A stretch of 64,000 nucleotides of DNA from Pseudomonadota bacterium (GTDB lineage: Bacteria; Pseudomonadota; Gammaproteobacteria; Steroidobacterales; GCA-2729495). The DNA lies in assembly GCA_963204745.1 (NCBI GenBank), contig CAUJHF010000052.1, forward strand, positions 1,679 through 65,678, in the 5' to 3' direction. Every line of letters begins with the position of its first letter. Positions within the stretch are counted from its first letter, which is position 1. Positions 1 through 8,965 of the stretch are shown here, piece after piece. Below the pieces are notes generated by a model. The model had not been told where the DNA came from, searched no databases, and worked only from the letters and a program-made list of their open reading frames with translations. The position numbers were made by a program, and so were the translations under genes.

Positions 1-845
1 TTGTCGATAAAGCTGTTCGCCAGCTGTTCGGCTGGCGGGTTGAATCCCACCCGCTGGTCAAGTCGGGGAATCGGCGCCATGCCCACGGATGAACTCTGGC
101 TGATAGCCTGGCTGAACAGGCCCCGGGCCGCCGGCGACACCATCAGGCAGTTCACCATGTCGGCACCGGCCGACTCACCGAAGATCGTCACGCGCGTGGG
201 GTCGCCACCGAAGGCGGCGATGTTTCTCTGCACCCATCGAAGTGCAGCGACTGCGTCCAGCAGTCCGTAATTGCCAGCCGGTTCCCCCGTTGACACCAGT
301 GCCGGATGGGCAAGAAAACCGAACATCGCCAGCCGGTAGTTGATCGTCACGACAACGACCCCCTGGCGGGGAATTGCCGTGCCATTGAGCTGCGGCAGAT
401 TGCCGCTGCCCGCTGAAAAGCCGCCGCCGTGGATCCAGACCATAACCGGCATCTTCTGCTCCGGCCGAAGCTCCGGTGTCCAGACGTTGAGCGTCAGGCA
501 ATCCTCGCCGAGATTATCCAGCGGCAGGGAGAAGGTCGCGGTGCGCGGCTGGGCACAACTCGCGCCGTAGTCGGTTGCAGGCCGTATGCCATCCCAGGTG
601 GCTGCCGGCTGCGGCGCCCGCCAGCGCAAATCCCCGACTGGCGGACTCGCATAGGGAATCCCGCGGAAGGCGAACACATCATCCACACGGGTGCCGCGCA
701 ACTGGCCGGTGTCGATGGTCGCCAACGATTCTGCCGTATCCGCCGGAAGTTGCACACAGCCGGTCATGTGTACCTCCCAGCTCACGATAAAAGCCAACGC
801 GGCCAACCACTGGCCGCGATTCTGCCGGCGCATTCCGGATTTCAT
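1..845 (-). CDS. Carboxylesterase type B (alpha/beta hydrolase); N-terminal part, gene runs off the left edge
   Basis: Absent from the supplied ORF track because it has no stop inside the window. My translation of the minus strand from ATG 845-843 gives MKSGMRRQNRGQWLAALAFIV...FRGIPYASPPVGDLRWRAP...GEDCLTLNVWTP...PVMVWIHGGGFSAGSG...FGGDPTRVTIFGESAGA. These match type-B carboxylesterase signatures: EDCL, the HGGGF oxyanion hole and the GESAG nucleophile elbow. Confidence 0.85.
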   Translation of the reverse strand, partial: MKSGMRRQNRGQWLAALAFIVSWEVHMTGCVQLPADTAESLATIDTGQLRGTRVDDVFAFRGIPYASPPVGDLRWRAPQPAATWDGIRPATDYGASCAQPRTATFSLPLDNLGEDCLTLNVWTPELRPEQKMPVMVWIHGGGFSAGSGNLPQLNGTAIPRQGVVVVTINYRLAMFGFLAHPALVSTGEPAGNYGLLDAVAALRWVQRNIAAFGGDPTRVTIFGESAGADMVNCLMVSPAARGLFSQAISQSSSVGMAPIPRLDQRVGFNPPAEQLANSFID

Positions 846-1069
846 GCTGCGATCCTCCGGGAGCGACAAAGCAACAGCAGCGCCCGCAACAGCAAGACAA
901 GGCTGGCGGCCACGCCAACCGCAAACACCAGCCGGAACGTCACCAGCATCCAGATCGCGCCTGCGAGCGCGTACAGGAAGCAGGCAATGCCCATGATGAA
1001 GAACGCTGTGGCATAGACCGGCTTCATCCGCAGCGGACCTATTCTGGTTTCTCTCATGCGGGCATCCAT
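842..1069 (-). CDS. Small two-helix membrane protein (hypothetical), stop overlaps the esterase start
   Basis: 75-aa ORF with two hydrophobic stretches (VYATAFFIMGIACFLYALAGAIWML and VFAVGVAASLVLLLRALLLL). Its TGA (842-844) overlaps the esterase ATG (843-845) as ATGA. No recognisable family. Confidence 0.4.
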   Translation of the reverse strand: MDARMRETRIGPLRMKPVYATAFFIMGIACFLYALAGAIWMLVTFRLVFAVGVAASLVLLLRALLLLCRSRRIAA

Positions 1070-1206
1070 TCCGTCAGGAAGGGAACAGTGGCCCGATCAT
1101 GGCATGCACACAGCTGTACCGCTCGTCGACACGAACCCCACAGACATTGCGACCACAGCCCGGTCAGCCGGGTGATGCGGCAGCCGTGGCAGCGTATCCT
1201 GTGCGC

Positions 1207-2844
1207 ATGGCGAGCATTGAGACACTGACCCGACTGGAAAAACTCCGCCTGGTGTTCTCACCAGCGGCAGCCACTGACAAACATCAGCTGATTGGCATCC
1301 TCGGAAAAGCGCAACTGTCCTCGGCATCAGCTGTGCGCCGTTTGCACGAAATACTGTGCTGGATACGTGCCTACCCGGATGATGAGCGGGTGCTGGCCGC
1401 TACGGATGCCGCGCTCCGGACATTCTCCGCGCGCAAAGACCTGCGCCGCTTTCATGGACAACTCGCAGACAGCGGCATCGCTGGCACGGCCATCCACTAT
1501 CATTTTTTCTGGCCCATGGCCCTCTGGCTCAGTTCACGCTGGCCAACGCTGCTGCACTTCGACCGCGACTGCGGTGAGGGTGAGGACTGGCTGCGCAACG
1601 CATGGCCCGTCGCGCTGCCGGCGCTGCAGGCCGAGGCCGCCAAACGCTCGGAAGCGTCACCGTTCAGCATCCTCGACTCGCTGCGCGGATCGATGAGCGA
1701 CGCTGCGTTCTTCGTACAGGGTGTCGACCGGACCGCAGGCGATACGCTCGCACGCGAGACCCTGCACGACGTGCTGCAACCGGCATACGTGCTGGAACCG
1801 GGCGATGATTCACCCTCGCGCACGCAGGCACGCTGGTCCGGTGCCTCGATCGCTTTCATCACCGCGTCGCTGCAACGAGAACCGGTAAATCTGCGCAAAG
1901 CCCTGCAGCAACCACCGCAGTCAGTGAATACCGCCACACCGGGAAACGCCGCGGAACTGCTGGATCTCGCGCGCGCGGCAATGGCCACCCGCGGCCGCGA
2001 CCTCGACACATTTACCTGGGGTAATCCGGAAGATATCCATGTCGTCGATGACGGGGACGGCCTGGCCTATGCCTTCATCGGCACAGTCCCGGAGCGGCGA
2101 CTGCCGCTGGCTGCCGCGTACGGGTTCCTGATACTGCGCAACGGCGTTCCGGTTGGCTATGGCCAGGTCGATGCATTGCTCGGCGGTGCGGAGATCGCCT
2201 TCAACACCTTCGACACCTTCCGCGGCGGGGAGTCCGCATTCCTCTTTGCACGACTGCTCGCCGCCACACGAGCCCTGCTCGGCAGTGCGGCCTTCTCGCT
2301 GGAGCCCTATCAGCTCGGACATCACAACAAGGAAGGCATCACCTCGGGCGCCTGGTGGTTCTATTTCAAGCTCGGCTTCCGGCCGCACGACCCCACACTC
2401 AAGCGGGTGGTCAGCAGTGAACTGGCGCGTATTGAGCGCAATCCACGACATCGCTCCAGCGCCATAACGCTGACCAGGCTCGCGCGCAAACACCTGTACT
2501 GGGAACCGGTCCGGGGCCATCGTGCCTGGCTGCCGCTGGTGCCACCTGCAGGGCTGCAGCTGCCGGTACTCTCCGACCACAGTGCCGGGGAAATCGTCGG
2601 GCGCCGCCTCGGCCTGCGCTCCCTCGCCGGCTGGAGTCGCGCAGAAATGCTCGGTCTATACCGCCTGGCACCATTGATCGCTGCGCTGCAAGGACTCGGC
2701 TCATGGACGCCCGCACAGAAGAAGTCTGCCATCGCTGCACTGCGTGCCAAGGGCGGGCAGCATGAGCGCGATTTCGTGGGCCTGCTCGATGCGCACCCGA
2801 AGCTGAATGCTGCAATCAAGGCGCTGTTGGCGACGCAGTCCTGA
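1207..2844 (+). CDS. Conserved-looking hypothetical protein with a GNAT-like (acyl-CoA N-acyltransferase-like) core in the C-terminal half
   Basis: Long ORF 1099-2844. I prefer the ATG at 1207 (MASIETLTRLEKL...) because the upstream 36 aa are low-complexity. Residues about 335-430 read YGFLILRNGVPVGYGQV...FRGGESAFLFARLLAATRALLG...GAWWFYFKLGFRP, resembling GNAT motifs A/B (the ...FY.KLGF ending). Function unknown. Confidence 0.6.
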   Translation: MASIETLTRLEKLRLVFSPAAATDKHQLIGILGKAQLSSASAVRRLHEILCWIRAYPDDERVLAATDAALRTFSARKDLRRFHGQLADSGIAGTAIHYHFFWPMALWLSSRWPTLLHFDRDCGEGEDWLRNAWPVALPALQAEAAKRSEASPFSILDSLRGSMSDAAFFVQGVDRTAGDTLARETLHDVLQPAYVLEPGDDSPSRTQARWSGASIAFITASLQREPVNLRKALQQPPQSVNTATPGNAAELLDLARAAMATRGRDLDTFTWGNPEDIHVVDDGDGLAYAFIGTVPERRLPLAAAYGFLILRNGVPVGYGQVDALLGGAEIAFNTFDTFRGGESAFLFARLLAATRALLGSAAFSLEPYQLGHHNKEGITSGAWWFYFKLGFRPHDPTLKRVVSSELARIERNPRHRSSAITLTRLARKHLYWEPVRGHRAWLPLVPPAGLQLPVLSDHSAGEIVGRRLGLRSLAGWSRAEMLGLYRLAPLIAALQGLGSWTPAQKKSAIAALRAKGGQHERDFVGLLDAHPKLNAAIKALLATQS

Positions 2845-2948
2845 CCGGCCGTCGATCACCTTTTTGCCTGCCTGCCGGTGGTTCCCGTCTAGAATAGCCA
2901 TGATCCATCGCCCTTCCCGTCATCAGCAACTCCGGTAACCGATCCGCC

Positions 2949-4973
2949 ATGCAAGCCGCCCGCGACCTGTTCAGCTACAAGAAATATTGGGCCAGCCGCC
3001 TGACACCGGCGCCGGTATTGCCAATGTCGCGTGCCGAGATGGACGAACTGGGCTGGGACGAATGCGACATCATCATCGTTACGGGCGATGCGTATGTGGA
3101 TCATCCGAGCTTCGGCATGGCCGTGGTCGGTCGTCTGCTCGAGGCGCAGGGCTTTCGTGTCGGCATCATTTCACAGCCCGACTGGACCTCGCCCGAAGCG
3201 TTCCAGGTGCTCGGTACGCCGCGCCTCTTTTTCGGCGTCACTGCCGGCAATATGGACTCGATGGTCAACCGGTTCACCGCTGACCGGCGCATCCGCTCCA
3301 ACGATGCCTATACGCCCAATGGCGAACCCGGAAAGCGGCCCGATCACTCCGTGATCGTCTACGCGCAACGCGCACGCGAAGCCTGCAAGGGCGTACCCAT
3401 CGTGATCGGCGGCATTGAGGCCAGCCTGCGGCGTGTTGCGCATTTTGACTACTGGTCGGATACCGTGCGCCGTTCGATCCTGTTCGACAGCAAGGCCGAC
3501 CTGCTCGTCTACGGCAACGGTGAACGCCAGATCGTCGAGATCGCACAGCGGCTGGCGGCTGGCGAACAGATCAGCGGGATGACCGACATCCGCGGCACCG
3601 CCTACGCCTGCAACGGGCTGCCGGAAGGCTGGACGGAAATCGATTCGAGCAGCGTCGAGGAAGCACCGCACGGTGCCGCGCTGAAGGTGGATCGCTCCCG
3701 CAGCGTCGTGCGTTTGCCTGCCTACGAAAGCGTGCACGCAGACCCGGTCCTGTATGCACATGCCTCGCGCGTACTGCACCTGGAAACAAACCCCGGCAAC
3801 GCGCGGGCGCTGGTCCAGCGGCATGGTGATCGCGATATCTGGCTGAACCCGCCGCCAATTCCGCTCACGACGGCCGAGTTTGATCGCGTATACGAACTGC
3901 CCTATACACGCTTTCCACATCCAGCCTATGGCGAAGCAAAGATTCCCTCCTGGGAGATGATCCGCTTTTCGATCATCATCCAGCGCGGCTGTTTCGGTGG
4001 CTGCACCTTCTGCTCGATCACTGAGCACGAGGGCCGCATCATCCAGAACCGTTCCGAGGATTCCGTCATCCGCGAGATCGAATCGATCCGCGACGGAACA
4101 CCCGGCTTTACCGGCGTGATTTCAGATCTTGGCGGACCGACTGCCAACATGTACCGGCTGGCCTGCAAGAGCCGCGAGATCGAGGCTGCCTGTCGCCGTC
4201 CGTCCTGCGTATTCCCTGCCGTGTGCCCCAACATGGGCACCGACCACTCGGCACTGATCAGCCTTTACCGCCGGGCCAGAACACTGCCTGGTGTGAAGAA
4301 GGTGCTGATCGCTTCAGGCGTCCGCTACGACCTCGCAGTCGAGTCGCCGGAATATGTGAAGGAACTGGTCACGCATCATGTGGGCGGTTACCTGAAGATC
4401 GCGCCGGAGCACACCGAAGCCGGCCCCCTCGCGAAGATGATGAAACCCGGTATCGGCACCTACCACCGTTTCAAGGAACTATTCGAGAAGTACTCGGAAG
4501 CTGCCGGAAAAAAACAGTTTTTGATCCCCTACTTCATATCCGCCCATCCGGGAACCACAGACCAGGACATGCTGAATCTGGCGCTCTGGCTGAAGAGCAA
4601 CAAGCTGCGCCTCGACCAGGTGCAGAACTTCCTGCCCACGCCGATGTCGACTGCCACCGCGATGTATCACACCGGCAAGAATCCGCTGCGTCGGGTGACG
4701 CGCAGCAGCGAACCGGTATTCATACCGAAGGGCATCAAGATCAGACGACTGCACAAGGCTTTCCTGCGCTATCACGATGCAGAGAACTGGCCGATGCTGC
4801 GCGAAGCCCTGCAACGCATGGGCCGTGCCGACCTGATTGGCAATGGACAACGCCATCTGGTGCCGAGCTGGCAACCAGCAGGAACCGGCAAGCGATCTGC
4901 TCCGGGCGGTGCAAAGCCCGCTCCGGCCGGGAGAATGCGCCGACCGGCAGCAACCCGGTCACGCAGGATCTGA
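2949..4973 (+). CDS. ygiQ: YgiQ-family radical SAM protein (UPF0313)
   Basis: N-terminus ...[56 protein letters not shown] is typical of YgiQ. Radical-SAM cluster motif CFGGCTFCS. Basic C-terminal tail. Confidence 0.9.
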   Translation: MQAARDLFSYKKYWASRLTPAPVLPMSRAEMDELGWDECDIIIVTGDAYVDHPSFGMAVVGRLLEAQGFRVGIISQPDWTSPEAFQVLGTPRLFFGVTAGNMDSMVNRFTADRRIRSNDAYTPNGEPGKRPDHSVIVYAQRAREACKGVPIVIGGIEASLRRVAHFDYWSDTVRRSILFDSKADLLVYGNGERQIVEIAQRLAAGEQISGMTDIRGTAYACNGLPEGWTEIDSSSVEEAPHGAALKVDRSRSVVRLPAYESVHADPVLYAHASRVLHLETNPGNARALVQRHGDRDIWLNPPPIPLTTAEFDRVYELPYTRFPHPAYGEAKIPSWEMIRFSIIIQRGCFGGCTFCSITEHEGRIIQNRSEDSVIREIESIRDGTPGFTGVISDLGGPTANMYRLACKSREIEAACRRPSCVFPAVCPNMGTDHSALISLYRRARTLPGVKKVLIASGVRYDLAVESPEYVKELVTHHVGGYLKIAPEHTEAGPLAKMMKPGIGTYHRFKELFEKYSEAAGKKQFLIPYFISAHPGTTDQDMLNLALWLKSNKLRLDQVQNFLPTPMSTATAMYHTGKNPLRRVTRSSEPVFIPKGIKIRRLHKAFLRYHDAENWPMLREALQRMGRADLIGNGQRHLVPSWQPAGTGKRSAPGGAKPAPAGRMRRPAATRSRRI

Positions 4974-5079
4974 ACTGCAGGCCCTCGAGGCCGGGAAATA
5001 TCCGTATTTTGAAAAATCGCGGACCACGTACTGCACTTCAAGCGTTAGGCTGGAAGCATAAAGTGGCCGGAGAAGCCGC

Positions 5080-5556
5080 ATGACGTCCATCGCCGAAATT
5101 GCGCCGGCACGCGGCGCCGACATACAAGCCATTGCCGACATGTCCCGGCGCCTCGTCGAAGTCGGGCTGCCATGGACCTGGACGCCCGAGCGGGTAATGA
5201 GACATTTCAGGCATCCGGATTCGCTGGTGATCACCGCCAGATCAGCCGGCTGCGGTACATCGGTGCTGGCAGGGTTCGCAATCATGCATTTCGGCGACGA
5301 TATCGCCCATCTGAACCTCCTGGCGGTGGAATCTGCCCACCAGCGCCTCGGCCTCGGGCGCCAGCTGCTCAGCTGGCTGGAGCATACGGCCCTCACCGCG
5401 GGCACCTTCACGATCTGTCTGGAAGTCCGCGCGCGTAACCCGGTAGCGCTGCTCTTTTATCGCCGGCTGGGATTCGTTGAAACGGGCCGGGTGCCCCGCT
5501 ACTACAGCGGCCGGGAAGATGCCTTGCGACTGATGCGCGATCTCCGCCACACCTAG
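5080..5556 (+). CDS. GNAT family N-acetyltransferase (RimI-like)
   Basis: 158 aa with ...HQRLGLGRQLLSWLE...ALLFYRRLGFVETGRVPRYY, i.e. the GNAT acetyl-CoA binding motif (Q/RxxGxG) and the FYxxLGF ending. Confidence 0.8.
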   Translation: MTSIAEIAPARGADIQAIADMSRRLVEVGLPWTWTPERVMRHFRHPDSLVITARSAGCGTSVLAGFAIMHFGDDIAHLNLLAVESAHQRLGLGRQLLSWLEHTALTAGTFTICLEVRARNPVALLFYRRLGFVETGRVPRYYSGREDALRLMRDLRHT

Positions 5557-5575
5557 GAGCGGCGCAGGAGCGGCT

Positions 5576-6265
5576 TCAGCCGCGATTATTCCGCCAGCGC
5601 ATCCCGAGCAGGCCCATAGCGGACCCGAACAACCAGCCCGCAGCAGGAACTGGCACCGGGCTGACAACAATATCAATCGCGCCAATATTGTTGGCCCACT
5701 CGGAGCCGTCCATCGTACCCAGGAAGAGACGCGTTGCTCCAACCGGAATGACAAACTCCTGCGCGACTGCGCCACTGGTGAAACCATTACCGATAAAAAA
5801 CACCTGGCGCAACATCGGCGCCAGCGAGAGGAAGTCGAGTCCGATCACCTCAAAATCCAGACCGGCAGGAGCCGTGAGCAGACTGGGCTGGGTATCATCG
5901 AGAAACACACCCAGCAGACTGTTGATCGGCGCCCGGATGGCAGCGATACCATTCTCCGCACCAACCTGGTGATCAACAAAAGCCTGCCCCTGGAATACAC
6001 CGCCATCAAGCGGATCGCAGCAGTTGCCCGGAATGTTGAACACTCCGCCGGTGCCGTTACTGAAAGCGAGCACGCCACTGTCGAGGGAAACCGTCGACAC
6101 CAATACCGGAGAATTCGCTGGAGCCAGATCAGCAGGCCACGCCGTGCTTCCGTCGGGCATACCGGCCAGCCACGGATTCGCGGTACCGGGTACCGTGATG
6201 ACTGTGGCGTATGCGTTAACAGTCAGCACACTGAATGTGAGGACTAGGCCGATAAACCTGAACAC
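5576..6265 (-). CDS. Secreted protein with PEP-CTERM/VPLPA-CTERM-like sorting signal (family A, copy 1)
   Basis: GTG start at 6265 preceded by GGGGATGGAAG. Signal peptide MFRFIGLVLTFSVLTVNAYA. C-terminus ...SPVPVPAAGWLFGSAMGLLGMRWRNNRG. About 50% identical by eye to the neighbouring ORF 6420-7151. Confidence 0.8.
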   Translation of the reverse strand: MFRFIGLVLTFSVLTVNAYATVITVPGTANPWLAGMPDGSTAWPADLAPANSPVLVSTVSLDSGVLAFSNGTGGVFNIPGNCCDPLDGGVFQGQAFVDHQVGAENGIAAIRAPINSLLGVFLDDTQPSLLTAPAGLDFEVIGLDFLSLAPMLRQVFFIGNGFTSGAVAQEFVIPVGATRLFLGTMDGSEWANNIGAIDIVVSPVPVPAAGWLFGSAMGLLGMRWRNNRG

Positions 6266-6291
6266 TTTGCTTCCATCCCCTATCGTTGCTG

Positions 6292-6318
6292 TGCAGACAG
6301 GAATCCTTCCTGTCTGCA
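6292..6318. promoter_or_regulatory. Perfect 11-bp inverted repeat TGCAGACAGGA-N5-TCCTGTCTGCA upstream of CDS 5576-6265
   Basis: Read directly: 6292-6302 tgcagacagga, loop atcct, 6308-6318 tcctgtctgca. It lies 27-53 nt upstream of the GTG at 6265 and downstream of the putative terminator of the preceding gene. Could be an operator or a 5'-UTR hairpin. Confidence 0.3.
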
Positions 6319-6377
6319 GTGGTCGATCCGATTATCAACTAGTCGGCAGCAGAGTGCGAACGCAATACGTGATTAAG

Positions 6378-6411
6378 TAAAACCGGGCGCAGGGAACCAG
6401 GCTACCGCCGG
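6378..6411 (-). terminator. Probable rho-independent terminator of CDS 6420-7151
   Basis: Minus-strand reading is CCGGCGG-tagcctggttccctg-CGCCCGG followed by TTTTA. The stem is imperfect (one bulged C). It starts 9 nt after the stop codon. Confidence 0.4.
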
Positions 6412-6419
6412 ATCAGGTA

Positions 6420-7151
6420 TCAGTCGCGATTTTGCTTTTGTCTGCGTTTCCGCGATCCGAGGGCAAGCATGCCGAGAGCGGAACCAAGCAACCAGCCCGC
6501 AGCAGGCACCGGCACCGTACTGAGATTGCTGTTGCTGACAATGACATTGAATTGACCGGTATTGTTCGCCCAGCCGAAGCCGTCCATGGTGCCCAGATAC
6601 AGACGCGTGGCGCCAACCGGAATGATGAACTGCTGCTGCGTGCCGCCACCGGTAACACCGTTACCGACAAAGAACACCTGACGAAGCGTCGGCGCCAGCG
6701 ACAGGAAATCCAGCCCGATCGTCCGGAAGTCCAGTCCGGCAGGCGACGTCAACAAATCGGGCTGCGTCTCGTCGAGAAACACACCCATCAATGCATTCAT
6801 GGGCGCCCACACACCGGCGATACCATTCACAGCACCACCGTCGTGCTTCACGAAGGGATCACCCTGAAAAGTACGGCCATCAGGACCAAAACAGGTTTCC
6901 GGGCAGAGGGGGCCATTGTGCACGCCGCCAGTGGCGCCACTGAATACCACTGCGCCGCCGGCCAGAGAAATGCCAGACACCAGCGTCGGTGACTGTGCGG
7001 GCGCTGTGTCAGTCGTGTTTTCGAAGATGATGGCGCTACCGTCAGGCATCCCGGCCAGCCAGGGATTGGCCATACCAGGCACATTGGTAGAACTGGCCTG
7101 AGCCGTCACCGCCAACATACACAAGGCAGATACACTTAAGGACTTGTACAC
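6420..7151 (-). CDS. Secreted protein with PEP-CTERM/VPLPA-CTERM-like sorting signal (family A, copy 2)
   Basis: ORF 6420-7253. I prefer the GTG at 7151 (VYKSLSVSALCMLAVTAQA signal peptide), preceded by the SD-like CGTGGGGAGTA. C-terminus ...TVPVPAAGWLLGSALGMLALGSRKRRQKQNRD. Shares ...NPWLAGMPDGS... and ...ATRL(F/Y)LGTMDG..WANN.G... with copy 1. Confidence 0.8.
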   Translation of the reverse strand: MYKSLSVSALCMLAVTAQASSTNVPGMANPWLAGMPDGSAIIFENTTDTAPAQSPTLVSGISLAGGAVVFSGATGGVHNGPLCPETCFGPDGRTFQGDPFVKHDGGAVNGIAGVWAPMNALMGVFLDETQPDLLTSPAGLDFRTIGLDFLSLAPTLRQVFFVGNGVTGGGTQQQFIIPVGATRLYLGTMDGFGWANNTGQFNVIVSNSNLSTVPVPAAGWLLGSALGMLALGSRKRRQKQNRD

Positions 7152-7294
7152 GGCGCTACTCCCCACGATTTTCTTTTTTATGCATCCCGGGCAAACCGGG
7201 ACGCTTAGATGGGGTCTATTATCCGTTGCGCATTTCGGCGACGCCAATCTCATTTTGCGATTATGTAAATCAGAAACGGTACTGGATCACACTT

Positions 7295-8077
7295 GTGACT
7301 GACAAATGCACGGTGCCCGCTGTCGCGGGACAATGCGCGCAGGGGGCCCCTGCCGATGTCACCACCCTGTTCAGAATTGTTCATGAAGACGCCGAAGTGC
7401 TGGCGATCAACAAGCCAGCCGACCTGGTCTGTCATCCGAGCAAGAACGGCGAGCTGTCGAGTCTGATTGGCCGGGTGCGCCTGCATCTGGCGCAAACAGG
7501 TATCCGGCCACAGCTGGTGAACCGCCTCGACCGGGAAACGAGCGGCGTGATACTGATCGCCAAGTCCGATCAGGCTGCGCGCGAGCTGCGTCGGCTATGG
7601 GAGACGCACCGGGTACGCAAGGAGTACCTCGCTGTCGTGCACGGCCATTTCAGCGAGGACCGCGGTGTGATCGACGCCGCACTGGGCAAGGATCTGCGCA
7701 GCCGCGTTGCCATCAAGGATTGCGTACGCGCCGATGGAGCCGCGGCTCAAACCGGCTTCGAAGTGTTACGCCGGTTCACGCGCACAGATATGCCCTTCAC
7801 ATTGCTCCGCGTGCTGCCGCGCACGGGGCGCAAGCATCAGATCCGCATCCATCTCGCCTGGCGCGGCCATCCGATCGTCGGCGACAAGATTTATGGCGGC
7901 GACGAAGATGCCTATCTGGCACTGGTCGAAGGCCGGCTGACCGCTGCCCAGCGAGCCTGGCTGATTCTGCCCAATCATGCGCTCCATGCCCGGGCACTGC
8001 ACTTCGACTGGCGCAACAGGGCGATCGAATTCAGCTGCGAACCGGAACGCTGGTTCACAGAGTTCGCAGCAGCCTAG
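7295..8077 (+). CDS. RluA-family pseudouridine synthase
   Basis: Motifs ...EVLAINKPADLVCHP..., LVNRLDRETSGVILIAKS (catalytic Asp in the RLD motif) and HQIRIHLAWRGHPIVGDKIYG. Start is uncertain: the ORF opens at TTG 7226, and in-frame GTGs at 7295 and 7313 are more plausible. Confidence 0.8.
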   Translation: MTDKCTVPAVAGQCAQGAPADVTTLFRIVHEDAEVLAINKPADLVCHPSKNGELSSLIGRVRLHLAQTGIRPQLVNRLDRETSGVILIAKSDQAARELRRLWETHRVRKEYLAVVHGHFSEDRGVIDAALGKDLRSRVAIKDCVRADGAAAQTGFEVLRRFTRTDMPFTLLRVLPRTGRKHQIRIHLAWRGHPIVGDKIYGGDEDAYLALVEGRLTAAQRAWLILPNHALHARALHFDWRNRAIEFSCEPERWFTEFAAA

Positions 8078-8886
8078 AAGACGTATTCCAGGGAGACCGT
8101 CGTATAGGTATCCGACTTGTCGAAGGGCCGCGGCGTCACCAGCGAGGTGTCGATCTCCACGTCCGAATTGTGCTTCCAGGTATAGCCGAGCACCATGCTG
8201 AGGTTGCCGATGACGCCGGCCTTCAGCTGGCTGATACTTTCCGTGTAGGTATTGTCTGAACCCGAAAGCACCGCCAGCTTCTGTACGAAAGCCGCGTTAT
8301 CGCTGATCTGCCAGGTATAGAGACCGCGCAGCAGGGCAATGGCCTCGTTCTGGTTGTCGCCGCTGACCTGCCTGGCCTGTTTGGCGCCGGCACCCAGCTC
8401 GATATCAAGTCGATGTGCCTCGCTGCGCAGGATGCGCCAGCCCACACCGGCTGCTTCGTATAGCTGGTGGTCATAGGCACTGAAGCGGTCTTTGTACCAG
8501 TCGAGTGAACCGAAGCCATACCACGCCGGCGCAAGATCGTACTGCGACTTGAACCCGCCCCAATAAGACTCGGCGGTTGTCTCCGACGGCGAATCGCGAT
8601 CTTCGGCACTGCTGGCGACAACAGCAGTCGCACCGAGTATGTGGTGCCAGCGTGCCTTGTCATAGCGGCCTTCACCGCTGAAGTTGGCGGCCGAACTGTC
8701 GGAGTTGCCGCTGGTCTTCGCATAGCCGCCCCCCAGCTTTGCCGACCAGGGACCCTTGTCCGCCGCCTTGTCGGCCGGGGCGATCACTTCCGAGACCATT
8801 TTCGTATCGATCTGGGCCTCTGCAGTCAGCATCGCCAGTCCGAGAACTGTGGCCAGTACGACGTGGCCCGCGCATCCCTGCTTCAT
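8074..8886 (-). CDS. DUF481-family outer-membrane beta-barrel protein (YdiY-like)
   Basis: Signal peptide, then ...WSAKLGGGYAKTSGNSDSSAANFSGEGRYDKARWHHIL... and the terminal ...TTVSLEYVF, characteristic of DUF481. The aromatic C-terminal residue is typical of OM barrels. Confidence 0.8.
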   Translation of the reverse strand: MKQGCAGHVVLATVLGLAMLTAEAQIDTKMVSEVIAPADKAADKGPWSAKLGGGYAKTSGNSDSSAANFSGEGRYDKARWHHILGATAVVASSAEDRDSPSETTAESYWGGFKSQYDLAPAWYGFGSLDWYKDRFSAYDHQLYEAAGVGWRILRSEAHRLDIELGAGAKQARQVSGDNQNEAIALLRGLYTWQISDNAAFVQKLAVLSGSDNTYTESISQLKAGVIGNLSMVLGYTWKHNSDVEIDTSLVTPRPFDKSDTYTTVSLEYVF

Positions 8887-8965
8887 TCGGTCTCCTCGCT
8901 TGTCTGAATCAATTGCTCACCGACACCCAGGGGTGGACGATGCCCGGCCTGGAACCTCGCTGAGG

